From Rhodothermales bacterium (GTDB lineage: Bacteria; Bacteroidota; Rhodothermia; Rhodothermales; BA12), in assembly GCA_963726715.1 (NCBI GenBank), contig CAVSDF010000014.1:60899-124898 (forward strand): 64,000 nt of DNA, read 5' to 3'. The notes beneath the pieces were generated by a model, which was not told where the DNA came from, searched no databases, and was given only the letters and a program-made list of their open reading frames with translations. The position numbers were made by a program, and so were the translations under genes. Below, in pieces: positions 45,389 through 56,928 of this stretch. How positions within the stretch are numbered: the first letter of the stretch is position 1; every line of letters starts with the position of its first letter.

Positions 45389-46125
45389 ACGTCGAGGTAG
45401 CGCATGAACGCCTGCACGCGCTCGCTCAGGTCCTCGTCGTCCTCACGCTCGCCGTAGCTCGCCACGACGCGGTAGCCGTAGTGCTCGAACATGGCCCGCA
45501 CGCGCGCGGCGTCGGTGGTGTCCAGTTTCAGCGTCACGCGCACGAGCGCCTCCTCGGCCATCGGACGCACCTCGGTGGGGATGGCCTCGGGGTCGTCGGA
45601 GTCGAGCGTCGCCTCCGCCACGTCGGTCGAGACGTGCGGCTCCATGACGACGGCGCGGACGCGGACGCCGTTCTGCTCGGCGGCGTAGACGAGTTGCGAG
45701 AGCGCGAGGTCGCGCGGGGCCACCTCGACCGAGACCACGGCGCCGGGGTCGTTGGTGGCGAGCATCTGGGCGAAGCGCTCGAAGATGTCGTGGCGCCGCG
45801 CGAAGCCGAGGTACTGCCCGTCGTCGTCGACGACCGCGATGGCCTCCAGGTCGTGCCGGACGAGCAGCTTGGTGGCCTCGAAGACGTGCGCATCGGCGGC
45901 GATGGTGACCGGCATCGAGCGCAGAACCGTCGAGACGGGCGCGTCGGGGCCGCTCGCGTCGAGCAGGTCGCTCTCGGTGACGACGCCGACGAGGCGCCCG
46001 GCGGGATCGACGACCGGCAGCACACCGGCGCTGTCGTCGAGCACGAGGCCGAGAGCCATCTCCACCGTCACCGACGGGTCGAGCGGCGCGGGGGTCCACG
46101 TGGCGAGGGTGGCGAGGGTCATCAT
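45385..46125 (-). CDS. CBS-domain protein (AcuB-like, ACT-like C-terminus)
   Basis: LPVVD..GRLVGVVTESD, AVVDDDGQYLG, C-terminal FMRYLDV. Confidence 0.88.
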   Translation of the reverse strand: MMTLATLATWTPAPLDPSVTVEMALGLVLDDSAGVLPVVDPAGRLVGVVTESDLLDASGPDAPVSTVLRSMPVTIAADAHVFEATKLLVRHDLEAIAVVDDDGQYLGFARRHDIFERFAQMLATNDPGAVVSVEVAPRDLALSQLVYAAEQNGVRVRAVVMEPHVSTDVAEATLDSDDPEAIPTEVRPMAEEALVRVTLKLDTTDAARVRAMFEHYGYRVVASYGEREDDEDLSERVQAFMRYLDV

Positions 46126-46309
46126 GGCGGGGAGGCAGAGGGAGCGCGGCCATCGGGGGCTATGCGCGTGAACGTGCAACGGGCGTGCCGGATCGCCCGG
46201 CGACGCCGCCGTCCGTGATTACGGCGCAACGCGTGGGCGCGCAAGGCGCGGCGATGTGCCCCGGCGTGCGCGGACGTGGACACCGGCGCCGTCCCGCCGC
46301 GCCCGCAGC

Positions 46310-47688
46310 CTACGCCGCTGCCCCATCCGGCACCGGCGTCAGGGCGCGGTGGCGGGCGAAGGTCGGGGCGAGGTCGGCGGCGTGCGTCGGGGCGATGCGG
46401 AGCGTCAGGCGGACGGCGGCGATCGGCGGGTTCGGCTCGCCCTCGCGCCACCGCTCGCGCATCGCATACGCGGCGTAGAGGTACTCCTCGTCGAGCACCT
46501 CGGCCACGCGGCGCACGTGCGAGATCGCCCCGCCCTCGCTGAGCGGGAGCACGACCGTGTGCTCCTCGAAATTCTCCTCGGTCGTTTCGATCATCCGGCG
46601 GCGCAGCTCGTCGAGCCCGACGCCGCGGAGGGCGCTCACGAAGACGGCGTCCGGGTGCTCCTCGCGGAGCGCGGTGAGCAGGCCGAGTTCCTCGATGGCG
46701 TCGACCTTGTTGAAGACGAGGAGCGCGCGCCGGTCGTCGGCGCCGATCTCGCGGATCGTCTCGCGCACGACGGCGATGTGGTCCTCGAAGCGCGGATGGC
46801 TCGCGTCGACGACGTGGAGCAGCATGTCGGCCTCGCGCGTCTCGTCGAGCGTCGACTTGAACGACTCGATGAGCTTGTGCGGCAGCTTGCGGATGAAGCC
46901 GACGGTGTCGGAGAGCAGCACCTGCTTGTTGCCGTCGAGGACGACCGTGCGCGTCGTGGCGTCGAGCGTGGCGAAGAGGCGGTTCTCGGCGAGCACGCCC
47001 GCGCCCGAGAGCGCGTTCATGAGCGTCGACTTCCCGGCGTTGGTGTAGCCGACGAGCGCGAAGCGCGTGAAACTGGCTCCGGCCCTTGCGCTGCGTCGTC
47101 CGCTGCCGGTCGATGGCGCCGAGCTTTTCGCGCAGCACGGCGATGCGCGCGCCGATGAGGCGGCGGTCGGTTTCGATCTGCGTCTCGCCCGGCCCCTTGG
47201 CCCCGATGCCGCCCTTCTGGCGCGAGAGGTGCGTCCACGCGCGCGTCAGGCGGGTGCGGATGTAGTCGAGCTGCGCGAGTTCGACCTGCGTCTTGGAGGC
47301 GCGCTCTTGGCCCGTCGGGCGAAAATGTCGAGGATGAGGCCGCTGCGGTCGACGAGCTTGACGGCGTGGTCGCCGGTCGAGAGCGATCCGTTCGAGGTTG
47401 CGGAGCTGGATCGGCGTCAGGTCGTCGTCGAAGATGACGAGGTCGGCGCCGTACGCTCCTCGACGATCGCCTGGATCTCCTTGACCTTGCCCGAACCGAC
47501 GTAGTGTCGCGGCGTGGGGCGAGTCCAGCTGCTGCGTGACGCGCGTCGGCGACGTCGGCACCGGCGGTGTCGGCCAGTTCGACGAGTTCGTTGAGCGAGT
47601 CGAGGGCGTCGGTGCGGTCGCGCGCGCTCGTGATGACGCCGACGACGACGGCGGTTTCGCGCGGGGCGCGGGGAATCTCGTGCAGCAA
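46310..47688 (-). CDS. hflX: GTPase HflX (frameshifted)
   Basis: IFDDDL, TQVELAQL, GPGETQIETDRR, VGYTNAGKSTL, LFATLD, DTVGF, NKVD. Confidence 0.95.
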
Positions 47689-47868
47689 GGGGTCTCGGAT
47701 CGGACGGAAAGACGGCGCCGCGGCGTGCGGCACCTGAAACCGGCGGGCGGAAGCGCATCCGGTGTCCCCGAACCAACGCACAAGCCATGCCACGGCTCCG
47801 TCGCCGCCCGGAACGCCCCGTCCCCCTGCCGATCTGTCAGATGCGGCAGACGCCAGATCCAGGCGTCG

Positions 47869-48465
47869 TCAAACCGCGTCGCGGTCCGGGCGGGTGGCGG
47901 CAACGTCGCGGGCGGCGCTGCGCACGGCGTGCTCCAACCGCGCGTCGACGCAGGCGGAGAGGACGAGCGCGAAGGCCTCTCGGTGCGCGCGCGGCACGGC
48001 CACGTCGATGCGGCGGCGCGGACGGCGCAGGCCGGGGCCGTCGGCGTGCTCGCGGGCGAAGAAGGTGACGCCGGTCGCCGTTTCCACGTAGTCGTCGATG
48101 TCGTCCCACGCGAGCGGCGCGGCGTCGGAGGCGTACCACAGGCTCTCGGCGGTCGCCGAGACGCGGTGCCGCACGACGGCGGCGACGGCGTGGAGCGCGA
48201 GGCCGATGCCCACCATCACGCCGAGCGCGCCGACGGGCACGTCGGCCTGTTCGAGCCGCATCAGGATGGCCCCGACGAGCGCGCCGACGAGGAGCAGAAC
48301 GGCGAGGTGCGGCCCGGCCGTCCAGCCGTGCCACTGCACCGCCGGGCGCCCGAGGTGTCCCGCGTCGCGGCGCTGCCGCAGGTGGTGCAGCAGCACGACC
48401 GTGCCGACAAGGGCGTAGCCGAGGGCGGCGGCAAGGGCGAAGAGAGCGACGGGCGACTCGGGCAC
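47869..48465 (-). CDS. Hypothetical membrane protein
   Basis: Three TM segments then LAWDDIDDY (PH-like) segment. Confidence 0.55.
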   Translation of the reverse strand: MPESPVALFALAAALGYALVGTVVLLHHLRQRRDAGHLGRPAVQWHGWTAGPHLAVLLLVGALVGAILMRLEQADVPVGALGVMVGIGLALHAVAAVVRHRVSATAESLWYASDAAPLAWDDIDDYVETATGVTFFAREHADGPGLRRPRRRIDVAVPRAHREAFALVLSACVDARLEHAVRSAARDVAATRPDRDAV

Positions 48466-48494
48466 GGGTACGGCAGGGCCTAGAACGCGGAGGA

Positions 48495-50588
48495 TCAGGC
48501 GTGGCGCGCGGCAGTGCGCCAGCGTCGGCCGAGGACGGATTCGAGGGCCAGAAGCGCCAACGCGACCCCGAAAAGCACGTTCCAGAGATCCCGCGCGGGC
48601 GGCGGACCGCCCTGCCCCACCCGCCACGCGCCGACGCCCGCGGCCGTCCGCACGTCGAGACCGGTCGCGCGGGCGAGCGTGTCGGCGAGGGCATCGCCGG
48701 AGAGGCGGCGGAGGTCGCTCTCCCGCGCATCGAGCGTCAGGGCGACGCGCGCGACGGTGCTGTCGCCGCTGCGCACGTCGTACAGTCCGGCCTCGGGCAC
48801 CGACGGGTCGAGGAGGACGGCGCCCGACGCCCGGCGCTGCGGCACGGCGATGCGGCGGGCGGTGGACGAGCCGACGGGGCCGTCGAGCACGAGCGGCGCC
48901 TCGAAGGTGCCCGCGATGCGGACGGCGGCGCCGCGTCCGGCGGTGGCGGTTTCGCCTGCGCCGCCCGATGCGGTGACGGCGGCGAGGCCGCGCAGCACGA
49001 ACGGCGCGAACAGGCCCGCCGTCGGCAGGTCGCTCCACGACGCCTCGGGCGCGACGGCGACGGTGAGCACGCGCCCGGCTCCGGCGCGGGTCTCGGCGAC
49101 GAGCGGCGCGCCGTTCGAGAGCGTCGCAATCGGCACGCCGCCGCGCAGCGCCGCCGCACGCCGCACGGCCACGCGCTCCGGCTCGACGCGCCGCCCCGGC
49201 GAGGCCTGAAACACGCCCGCGAACACCGGATGCGTGGCGTCGACGCGGCTGAGCACGGTCCCGTCGGGCAAGTCCGTGGGAGCGCCGATGCTGCCCGCGC
49301 CGAGTCGGCTGAGGATGGCAGTGGCGCCGTCGGGACGGTCGGCAGCGAAGATCACGAGGCCACCGCCTGCGCGGACGTAGCGCGCGAGGGCGTCGGCGGA
49401 GGCGTCGGGGAGGTCGGGGACGGAGGCGAGGACGACGGCGGCGTAATCGCCGAGCCGCGCCGTGGCGAGCGCCGCGACGGAGGCATCGTCGGCATCGAAC
49501 GCCGGGGCGCCGTCGACGAGGCCGGGGGCGAGGATGAGGTCGAGCGCGCGGGCGGGCGTGCCGCGGACGACGAGGACGCGGCGCAGGCCGGGCACGCGGG
49601 CGACGAGCGGGCGGCGGTCGTCGGCGGCGAGGGCGTCGCCGCTGGGCGCGGTGATCTCGGCCTCGAAGCCCACATCGCCGCGTCCGGCGAGCGGCGTGCG
49701 CAGCCGCACCCGCACGGGAGCGCCGCCCTGCGTGAGAGATGCCGAGCTCTGCGCGACGGTTCGGCGCCGCCCGTCGGCATCGACGGCGACGAGGCGCACG
49801 GGCACCGTCGCCGCGCCATCGCCGCCCCAGCGGGCGATGAACACGTCCACATCGAGCGCCTGCCCGGCCTCGACACGCGCGCCGGGCGCGATCCGAACAT
49901 CGACGACGGCGGTGTTGGCGGACGCAGACGCGGCGACCGAAACGACGGTGAGCGGTCCGTCGAACGGCACGCGCGCCGCGGCGGAGTCGACGAGCGTCGC
50001 GGATTGCCCGTCGGTGAGGGCGACGAGCAGGCGGCGGCGGTGGCGGGCGCCGTCGAGGAGCGCGGCGGCGCGGTCGATCGCCGACGAGAGCGCCGCGGCC
50101 CCGGCGCGCGGGCGCAGGCTGTCGAGGGCCGCGAGGAGCGCGTCGGGCGTGCGGAGGGCCGCCGACGCCGCTCCGGCAGTGGGGATGAGGAAGACCTCGT
50201 CGCCCGGAAGGAGCGAGGCGGCGACGCGCTCGCCATCGGCGCGGATGGCATCGAGGGCCGTCCGTCCGCCGCTGCGCTGGGCCGTCGAGATGGAATTGTC
50301 CACGACAAGCCCGACCGACACCGGCGCCTCACCCGCAGGCAGCCACGCCGCGTCGGCGACGGGCCGCGCGAACCCGACGGCCAGGGCGACGAGCGCGAGC
50401 ACGCGGAGGGCGAGAAGCAGCCACTCCTGAATGCGCACGCGGCGGACGGTCGTGGCGCGGATGTCGCGCAGCAGGGCGACGTTCGAGAAGACGACCTCGC
50501 GGGGGCGGCGCCGCTGGAACAGGTGCAGCAGCACCGGTACGGCGGCGGCAACGAGGCCGAGGAGCAGGAGCGGGTTGAGAAACGTCAT
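48495..50588 (-). CDS. BatA N-terminal domain plus VWA-like membrane protein
   Basis: FLNP..PVLLHLF..FSN..LLLALR..FARP; VVDNSIS, LTDGQ; C-terminal RESDL..LW..LES. Confidence 0.88.
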   Translation of the reverse strand: MTFLNPLLLLGLVAAAVPVLLHLFQRRRPREVVFSNVALLRDIRATTVRRVRIQEWLLLALRVLALVALAVGFARPVADAAWLPAGEAPVSVGLVVDNSISTAQRSGGRTALDAIRADGERVAASLLPGDEVFLIPTAGAASAALRTPDALLAALDSLRPRAGAAALSSAIDRAAALLDGARHRRRLLVALTDGQSATLVDSAAARVPFDGPLTVVSVAASASANTAVVDVRIAPGARVEAGQALDVDVFIARWGGDGAATVPVRLVAVDADGRRRTVAQSSASLTQGGAPVRVRLRTPLAGRGDVGFEAEITAPSGDALAADDRRPLVARVPGLRRVLVVRGTPARALDLILAPGLVDGAPAFDADDASVAALATARLGDYAAVVLASVPDLPDASADALARYVRAGGGLVIFAADRPDGATAILSRLGAGSIGAPTDLPDGTVLSRVDATHPVFAGVFQASPGRRVEPERVAVRRAAALRGGVPIATLSNGAPLVAETRAGAGRVLTVAVAPEASWSDLPTAGLFAPFVLRGLAAVTASGGAGETATAGRGAAVRIAGTFEAPLVLDGPVGSSTARRIAVPQRRASGAVLLDPSVPEAGLYDVRSGDSTVARVALTLDARESDLRRLSGDALADTLARATGLDVRTAAGVGAWRVGQGGPPPARDLWNVLFGVALALLALESVLGRRWRTAARHA

Positions 50589-50725
50589 CGAGAGGCGAGG
50601 GGCGCACGGCAGGCGCGGCGGGCAGCGCCCGCACCGGGGCAACGCGGCAGGCACCCGTCAACGCACGCGCGGCCCAAACGGCGCCCGCCCCCCGACCGGC
50701 GTGCCCCGCCCACCCCAAACGTCAT

Positions 50726-50750
50726 GCAGGGGCGGGTCTCGACCCGCCCC
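50726..50750 (+). repeat. REP, family A copy 6 (GTAG changed to GCAG)
   Basis: GCAG-GGGCGGGTC-TC-GACCCGCCCC. Confidence 0.8.
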
Positions 50751-50812
50751 CCACCGCCCGTCCCCCCACACCCCCGGCATCCCACCACCCATCGTCCACC
50801 GCCATCGCACCG

Positions 50813-50912
50813 CCCCCTCCGCCCTTCGCTTCGCGGTCCCCTTCGGGGTTCGGGCACCTCCCCCGCGGTCGCCGGGGAGGACCGCTGCGGAGCGCGTCCA
50901 GCGCGCAGCGGC
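50813..50912. repeat. Multi-hairpin intergenic repeat, family D copy 2
   Basis: CCCCCTCCG..CACCTCCCCCGC..GGGGAGGACCGCTGCGGAGCGCGTCCAGCGCGCAGCGG. Confidence 0.6.
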
Positions 50913-50924
50913 AGGTGGGGGTCG

Positions 50925-51674
50925 CCGCGACCGCACCCTCGACGTGGCCGCGTACGGGGAATTGACCGAACGCGTCGAGGTGAAGGCCCGCCTCGTCACA
51001 TCCAAATCCATCGACGGCGCGCCGCGGCAGATGGCGCTCGGCGGCTCGTTCGACCTGTTCTACGGCGACTTTTTCGCCTCGAACGAGCGCCTCAGCATTC
51101 GCGGACGGCTCCCGCCGCAGGGACGGCCACGCCGACGCTCTTTTCCGGCGGCGTCCTCATCGACCCGACCGCCCTCGGCGACTTCCGCCCGCGCCTCGCC
51201 CGTCGCAACCACCGACACGCGCATCATCCGCCTGCACGACCTCTCGGCGGACTTCTCCGCCGCGCCGTTCGAGGGTCTCGCGGAGGTCGTCCAGACGCTC
51301 ACGAGCTATGTGCCCGCACCCAAACCGGTCTCCTTCTCCGCGCACATCTTTCCCACGGCAGGCGGCATCACACCATCCTCGCGCCCATCTTCCTGGCGGT
51401 CGGGCAGAGCTTCCCGGTGCAGCAGATCCGCTCGCAGCCGGGAACGACGGACGGCGTGGCGTCGCTCGTCGTCACGCGATTCGGGCCGGGCGGCGCCTCG
51501 CAGCCGTTCGCGGGGGTGACGGGCGAGTTCGTGCTCGACGCCTCCGAGGGGTCGGCGACGGACCTCAAAAGCACGTTCTTCCTGCGCGGCGTCCGCGTGC
51601 AGGGCTTCGGCGACGCGCGCGGCACGGCCTCGCTCGATTTCTCCGGCACCGCGACGGCGGCGCAGCGGGGCTGA
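50925..51674 (+). pseudogene. Beta-rich hypothetical protein fragment with no clear start
   Basis: Protein-like reading across shifting frames ending TAAQRG-stop; 5' end abuts the repeat cluster. Confidence 0.45.
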
Positions 51675-51906
51675 CTGCGGGCGATGGGGCGCGGGAGGGT
51701 GGGCGATGCGACGGGCGGGGGAACGCCGCGACGACCGGAGCCAGACCGACGCCCCTCTGCGTCCCCGATCCGGCGGCGGCGCCCCGGTACACGCCGGCGG
51801 CGGGTGCTCCCCCATAGGTTCGCATCCCGAAGGCGCCTTTTCACCTGCGTCGTGCGACCGGTGGTGTACTTTCGGGGATTCCCTCCTCTGCTGCCCTCCT
51901 TTCTCA

Positions 51907-52581
51907 ATGGCCCCTGGCTGGCTGGACCGCGTCCTCGTCCTCGCCCCCCACGTCGACGACGAGACGATCGGATGCGGCGCCCTTCTCGCCTCGCTCGGCG
52001 ACCGCGCGAGCGTCCGCATCTTCGGCACGTCTGACTACGAACCCCTCGCCGGTGAGCCGGTGACGCGCCCGGTGCGCACCGCCGAACTCGGCGCCGCGAT
52101 GGCCGCCCTCGGCGTCACGGACTACGGCGTGCTCTACGACGGCGCCGAGCGCAACCTCGCGGGCATCGGGCGCGCGGCCCTCGTCTCGCGCCTCGACGAC
52201 CTCCTCGCCGAGATCCGCCCGACGGCCGTCTTCACCGCCCTGCCCTCGCACCACCAGGACCACACCGAGGCCTTCCAGGCGACGCTCTCGGCCCTGCGGA
52301 TGCGCCCGTCGCTCTACAGCCTGCGCGCCGTCCTCGCCTACGAGTACCCGCACGCCGACCTCTACCCCGGCGCCCACCCCGAGAGCGGCTTCGTCTACTT
52401 CGACGGATCGGCCCACGTCGACGCCAAGCGCGCGGCCCTGACGGCGCACGCCTCGCAGCTCACCCCGCACCCCGACCGCTGGCTCGACGCCGACCTCGTG
52501 ATGAAATGGGGCGAGAAGCGCGGCATCGAATCCGGCACCGCCTTCGCCGAGAAATTCTACCTCCTCCGCTTCTGCTTCTGA
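51907..52581 (+). CDS. PIG-L/LmbE family deacetylase
   Basis: APHVDDETIGCG, HHQDH, HASQ. Confidence 0.9.
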   Translation: MAPGWLDRVLVLAPHVDDETIGCGALLASLGDRASVRIFGTSDYEPLAGEPVTRPVRTAELGAAMAALGVTDYGVLYDGAERNLAGIGRAALVSRLDDLLAEIRPTAVFTALPSHHQDHTEAFQATLSALRMRPSLYSLRAVLAYEYPHADLYPGAHPESGFVYFDGSAHVDAKRAALTAHASQLTPHPDRWLDADLVMKWGEKRGIESGTAFAEKFYLLRFCF

Positions 52582-52584
52582 CGC

Positions 52585-52881
52585 TCAGGCGAGGCGGATG
52601 ACGGGCGTCTCGGGATGCGGACGGTAGAGGACGACGGTGCGCCCGGTCGCCGCGACGAACGCGGCACCGTCGATGGCGGCCGCGAGGGCCTCGCCGATGG
52701 CGCGGGGAACGTCAGGGGCCGTCTCCAGGACGCGGATTTTCAGCAGTTCGCGCGTGCGGAGGGCTTCGGTGGCCGCCGCGACGCCTGCGTCGGTGGCGCC
52801 TTCCTTGCCGATGTGCAGCAGGACCTTGGCGCCGTGGGCGAGGCCGCGCAGCGTGGCGCGCTGCTTCGAGGAAAGGGTCAC
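52585..52881 (-). CDS. yhbY: CRM-domain RNA-binding protein YhbY
   Basis: LSSKQRATLRGLAH, IGKEG, ELLKIRV, GRTVVLYR. Confidence 0.9.
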   Translation of the reverse strand: MTLSSKQRATLRGLAHGAKVLLHIGKEGATDAGVAAATEALRTRELLKIRVLETAPDVPRAIGEALAAAIDGAAFVAATGRTVVLYRPHPETPVIRLA

Positions 52882-52983
52882 GGTCGGATCGGAAAAGAGG
52901 GACAGCCTTGCACCCGCCCACCGCCGCTCCGGTTCGCCCGCGCCTGTGACGCCGCCGTGGATCTCGCGCGTCCCGGCAGGCGC

Positions 52984-55900
52984 TCAGCGGACGACGGTGA
53001 CGACGCGCGTGGACGAGGCCCTGCCGCCGCCCTCGACGCGCACCACGTAGACGCCCGCGGCCAGCCCCGACACGTCGAGCGTCGCCGTGTAGAGGCCCGG
53101 CGCCTGCTCGCCACCTGCGACGCGCGCCACTTCGCGCCCGAGCGTGTCGTAGAGACGGACCGAAACGCGAGACGCCGTGGCGACCCCGTAGCGCACCACC
53201 ACCGCCTGACGCGCCGGGTTCGGGTAGACCGCCTCGATGCCCGCCTCCGACGCCTGCGCACGCTCCACCTCCACGCCGACGCCCGTCTGCCCCGCCACCC
53301 CGACGCGCTGCACGGCCCGCCGCGCAACCGCGCCCGCCGTCGTGCTCGCCGTCGAGATGCGGTAGAGGCCCGACGAGCCGCCCGCCGATGCCGACGTGTC
53401 GCGCGCGGCGACCGTCCACGTCGCCTCCACGCTCTGGCCGGGCGCGAGCGTGCCGATTGTCCGGGCGGCGGCGCTGGTCAGGCGAAGCACCGCCACCGGG
53501 CCGCCGGTCGTGTCGCCGTCGGCGGTGAAGGTGACGGTGACGCCATCGGCGGCCACGGTCCCGGCATTCGTCACGCGGGCGCGGACGGTGACGGTGCCCG
53601 GTGCGATGGACGATGGAAGGCCGACGCCCGGATCGGTGACGACGAGCGTCGGCGGCGCGGAGACGCCTGCTCGGGTCGCCTGCGCGGCGTTGAAGGCGGC
53701 GCGGAGCGAGTCGAGCGCCACGTGCACGCGCGGGATGCGGGCGAGGACGGTGTCGGCGATGCCGGTGATCGGGCCGTCGAGGGGGCCGCCGGTGGAGATG
53801 CCGTCGGGGTCTTCGGCCAGTTTGGGAACGAGGTGCGGCAGCAGGCCGGCGTAGAGGCGCAGGCCGTCGCCCGCGAGCACGCCTGCGCGCCCGAGCAGAC
53901 GGCGCTGCGCCGACGCCACGGCATCCGACGCGGGGGCGAGGGCGGAGAGTTCGGCGTGCGTCTGGTCGAGGGCGCGGCGCAGACCGCTGTCGGCGCGGAG
54001 GAGGCTGTCGGTTGCCACGCGGGCGTCGTCGCGGGTGCCCGTCTGCACCGCCGTGCGCACGGCGCCGAGGTGCGCGGCGTAGCGGTCGAGCGCCGGAAGG
54101 ACCGTCTGCGCCGCTGCCTGCTCCATCGCCAGCGACGACGCGTGGGCCACAGTGGGGCCGGGCAGCTCCGTCGCGGCGCCGGCAACCGGCGGCAGGCCGT
54201 AGGCGAGCGCCACGAGCGACGGCGAGTCCGACGAGGCCGCCCGGTGCAGCGCCCGCACGTTCAGCACCTCGTCGACGGCCAGACCCGCGAACGAGACGCC
54301 GCGGATGACCGCTCCCGCCGCCGCCGCGATCTGCGCCCCCGGAATCCGCCCGACCACGAGCGTCAGGTCGCCGAAGTCCGCCCAGCCCTTCGCCGTCGCG
54401 AGCACCGCCGTCGAGGCGCTCAGGCGCTCGTCGAGGCGCTGCGCGGATTCGTTGGCGCGCGTGAGCGAGGCCTCGAAGCCGGCGCGCGGCGTGCCCAGCC
54501 CGGCGAACGTGCGCGCGTGCTGCGCCGCCGCGTCGAGGTCGTCCTGCGTCTGCCCGATGTAGACGGCGTCGACGAGCGGCCCGGCGGTCTTCTCCACGAC
54601 CGTCTCGATGAGCGTGCCCAGGAACGCCTTGCCGCCCTCGCCGACTTTGCGTGTGGCGATGCCGTCGCCGATGCCCTTGGTGGCCGCCTCGCCGAGCCAC
54701 GACCATGCGGTGTTCCACGGACTCGGAAGCGCGCTCTCCACCGTCCCGCTGAAGGCCAGGTACGCCCCGTGCAGGCCGCTGTTGCCCGCCTGCGTGAGGG
54801 CGAGGGCGATGGCGCGCAGCACCTCGCCGCCGCCGGTCGCGAACACGTCGCTGGCGTCGTTCTGGATCTGCTGCTGCACCTGCTGGATGGCTTTCTGCCC
54901 CGCGAGCAGTGTCGTGACGGCCTGCACGCCGACGCTCGCCACCTGATTGGCGAGGGGCGTCTCGCTCTCGTGGAGCGTCACCGAGGCCCTCGACCGACGC
55001 GACGAGGCGCCCGAGGTGCTCGTCGCGCTGCCGGTGAACGGCGGGAGCTTCGGCGAGGACGCGGAACCACGCGGTCCGCAGACTGCGCACGCTCGTGGTG
55101 TCGTATTCGAGCAGCGCGTCGCCGATCTGGCGCAGGATCGGCAGGTCGGCGACGCTGCTCGTGGCGAGCGTCTTCACGGTCACGTTCAGGCGCCGGACCA
55201 GGTCAAGGGGGAGGGTGAGCGTGGTGTCGGCGATGGCGTCGGGGCGGAGGGCCTGGTAGGTGCGCGCGAGGCCGGTGCGCAGGTCGCGCAGAACGACGTC
55301 GGCGGGGAGGGAGGGGTCGAAGCCGTTCGCAGAGGCGAGCGGGAGGGCGATGCGTCCGTCGGCGCCGGTGGTGTCGGTCACGGAGACGCGGCCGCGCACC
55401 GTCACCTCGACGCTGTCGAGCGGAGACCCGCCCGCCCGAAGCGCGTCACGTCGCGGACGGCGAGCCGTGGCGCGGCCATCGACACGACCCACGCGTCCTC
55501 GCCGTCGCCGCCCGATGGAACGTGCAGCGCCGCCCCGGTGACGATTACCTGATCGGGCCTCCGCTTGACGAGGGCCGAGTCTGCACCGGCAGCACGCGTC
55601 AGCAGCGGTGTCAGCGGACGGAGACCGCCTTCGCGCCTCCAGACCTGTGGCGCTTCTCCCGCGCCGAAGCAGTTGACGACCACGAGCGCATCGTCGATCT
55701 CGTTGCCTTGGACGCCAGCGGTGGCGTGCGCACTCCTTGCCGGGCCGGGCGAGGACCGTCTCCGCGCCATCGTTCGTGTCGCGGATGCGCACCGACCATG
55801 TCGTCGCATCGCCCGGATCGGGGACGTAGACGTGGTGCCGGAGCGAGGGCGAGGTGGCCAGAAGATTCGCAGTGGGTGCCAGGTGCGCTACCGACGGGGC

Positions 55901-56805
55901 CACGCCCGCGCCTGAGCGCCCGCTCCACTCGCGGGTCTGGGAGGCGCTGTTGTAGAACGAATGCACCACGTCTCCCGCCTCCGAGGCCGCCTCCGTCCCC
56001 GCCGACAGGTACGGCTCCACGGTCTGCGGGCGCGGGGCAAGGCGCGTCAGGCTCCCGTTGGGGTGGGCCTGCACGAACGACACCGTCACGCCCTGACTGG
56101 AGTTCCCCGTGAACAGGCTCCCAAAGAGCCACACGCCGTCGTTCGACACGTCCTGGATGTCAAGCATCTCGTCGTCGTAGGTGTTGATGGCCGTTTCCCC
56201 GGTGGCGTCTCGTGAGGAGGAGTTGGTCCGCCCGTAGATCTGCCGCTCGCCTTGAGCGGACGACCAGAGGAAGACCTCGTACAGGCTGGACTCTGTGCAG
56301 GGGCCTTGCTCAAGGTTGCAGAAGCCTGCGGGTGGGTTCTCTCTGTTCCGGACGTAGACCACTTGGTTTCCGTCGTCCGAGACGGCTGTGACGTGGACCG
56401 TGTGACGAAGCCTGTTTGCGCTCTCCGCACGGGCCAGTTCGTCGCACGCCTCCCTCGACTGTCCAGCGCCAGATGACGTTGGAACGCGTGAAGACGATTG
56501 CGCGCCCGTTGTCGGAAATGCGGGCGATGCCGGCCTCATCGAAGCGTCCGATGAGGCGACCGCCGCCGCCCTCGGTCCAGTGGTAGAGGTAGATTCTCGT
56601 CTCCTTTCGTGACCATGAGCGCCGCCGCGTCGCCCGTCCGGTGTAACGACGACCTGAGCGAACTGCAGCTCGCTCACGTCGCCAAGCGTCGTGGGCAGCG
56701 GGATGCGGTGGAAGGTCTGGGCAGCGGCGGGAGAGGCCAGCAGGGCGGAAAACGCCAGCACGAGCCAGGCGCGGCAGGCGAGGAACGGCGTAGGAAGCGA
56801 AGCAT
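52984..56805 (-). CDS. Large T9SS-secreted multidomain protein (propeller-like N-terminus, helical core, CARDB-like domain, CTD); frameshifted
   Basis: Signal peptide SPAAA-Q; ISDNG/VSDDG/VSNDG repeats; VRARVTNAG..LAPGQS; VYPNP..YDTLGR..GVYVVRV. Confidence 0.75.
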
Positions 56806-56928
56806 GGGACGGACGCGGACGAAGGGTTGCCCGGTACTTCGGAATCCGGTCCGCGCAACGGGGCCACGGCGGCGAAGAAAAAGAATCGGCGTATCCTCCG
56901 GACGCCCCGCGCACCTCCGACTGCCGCC

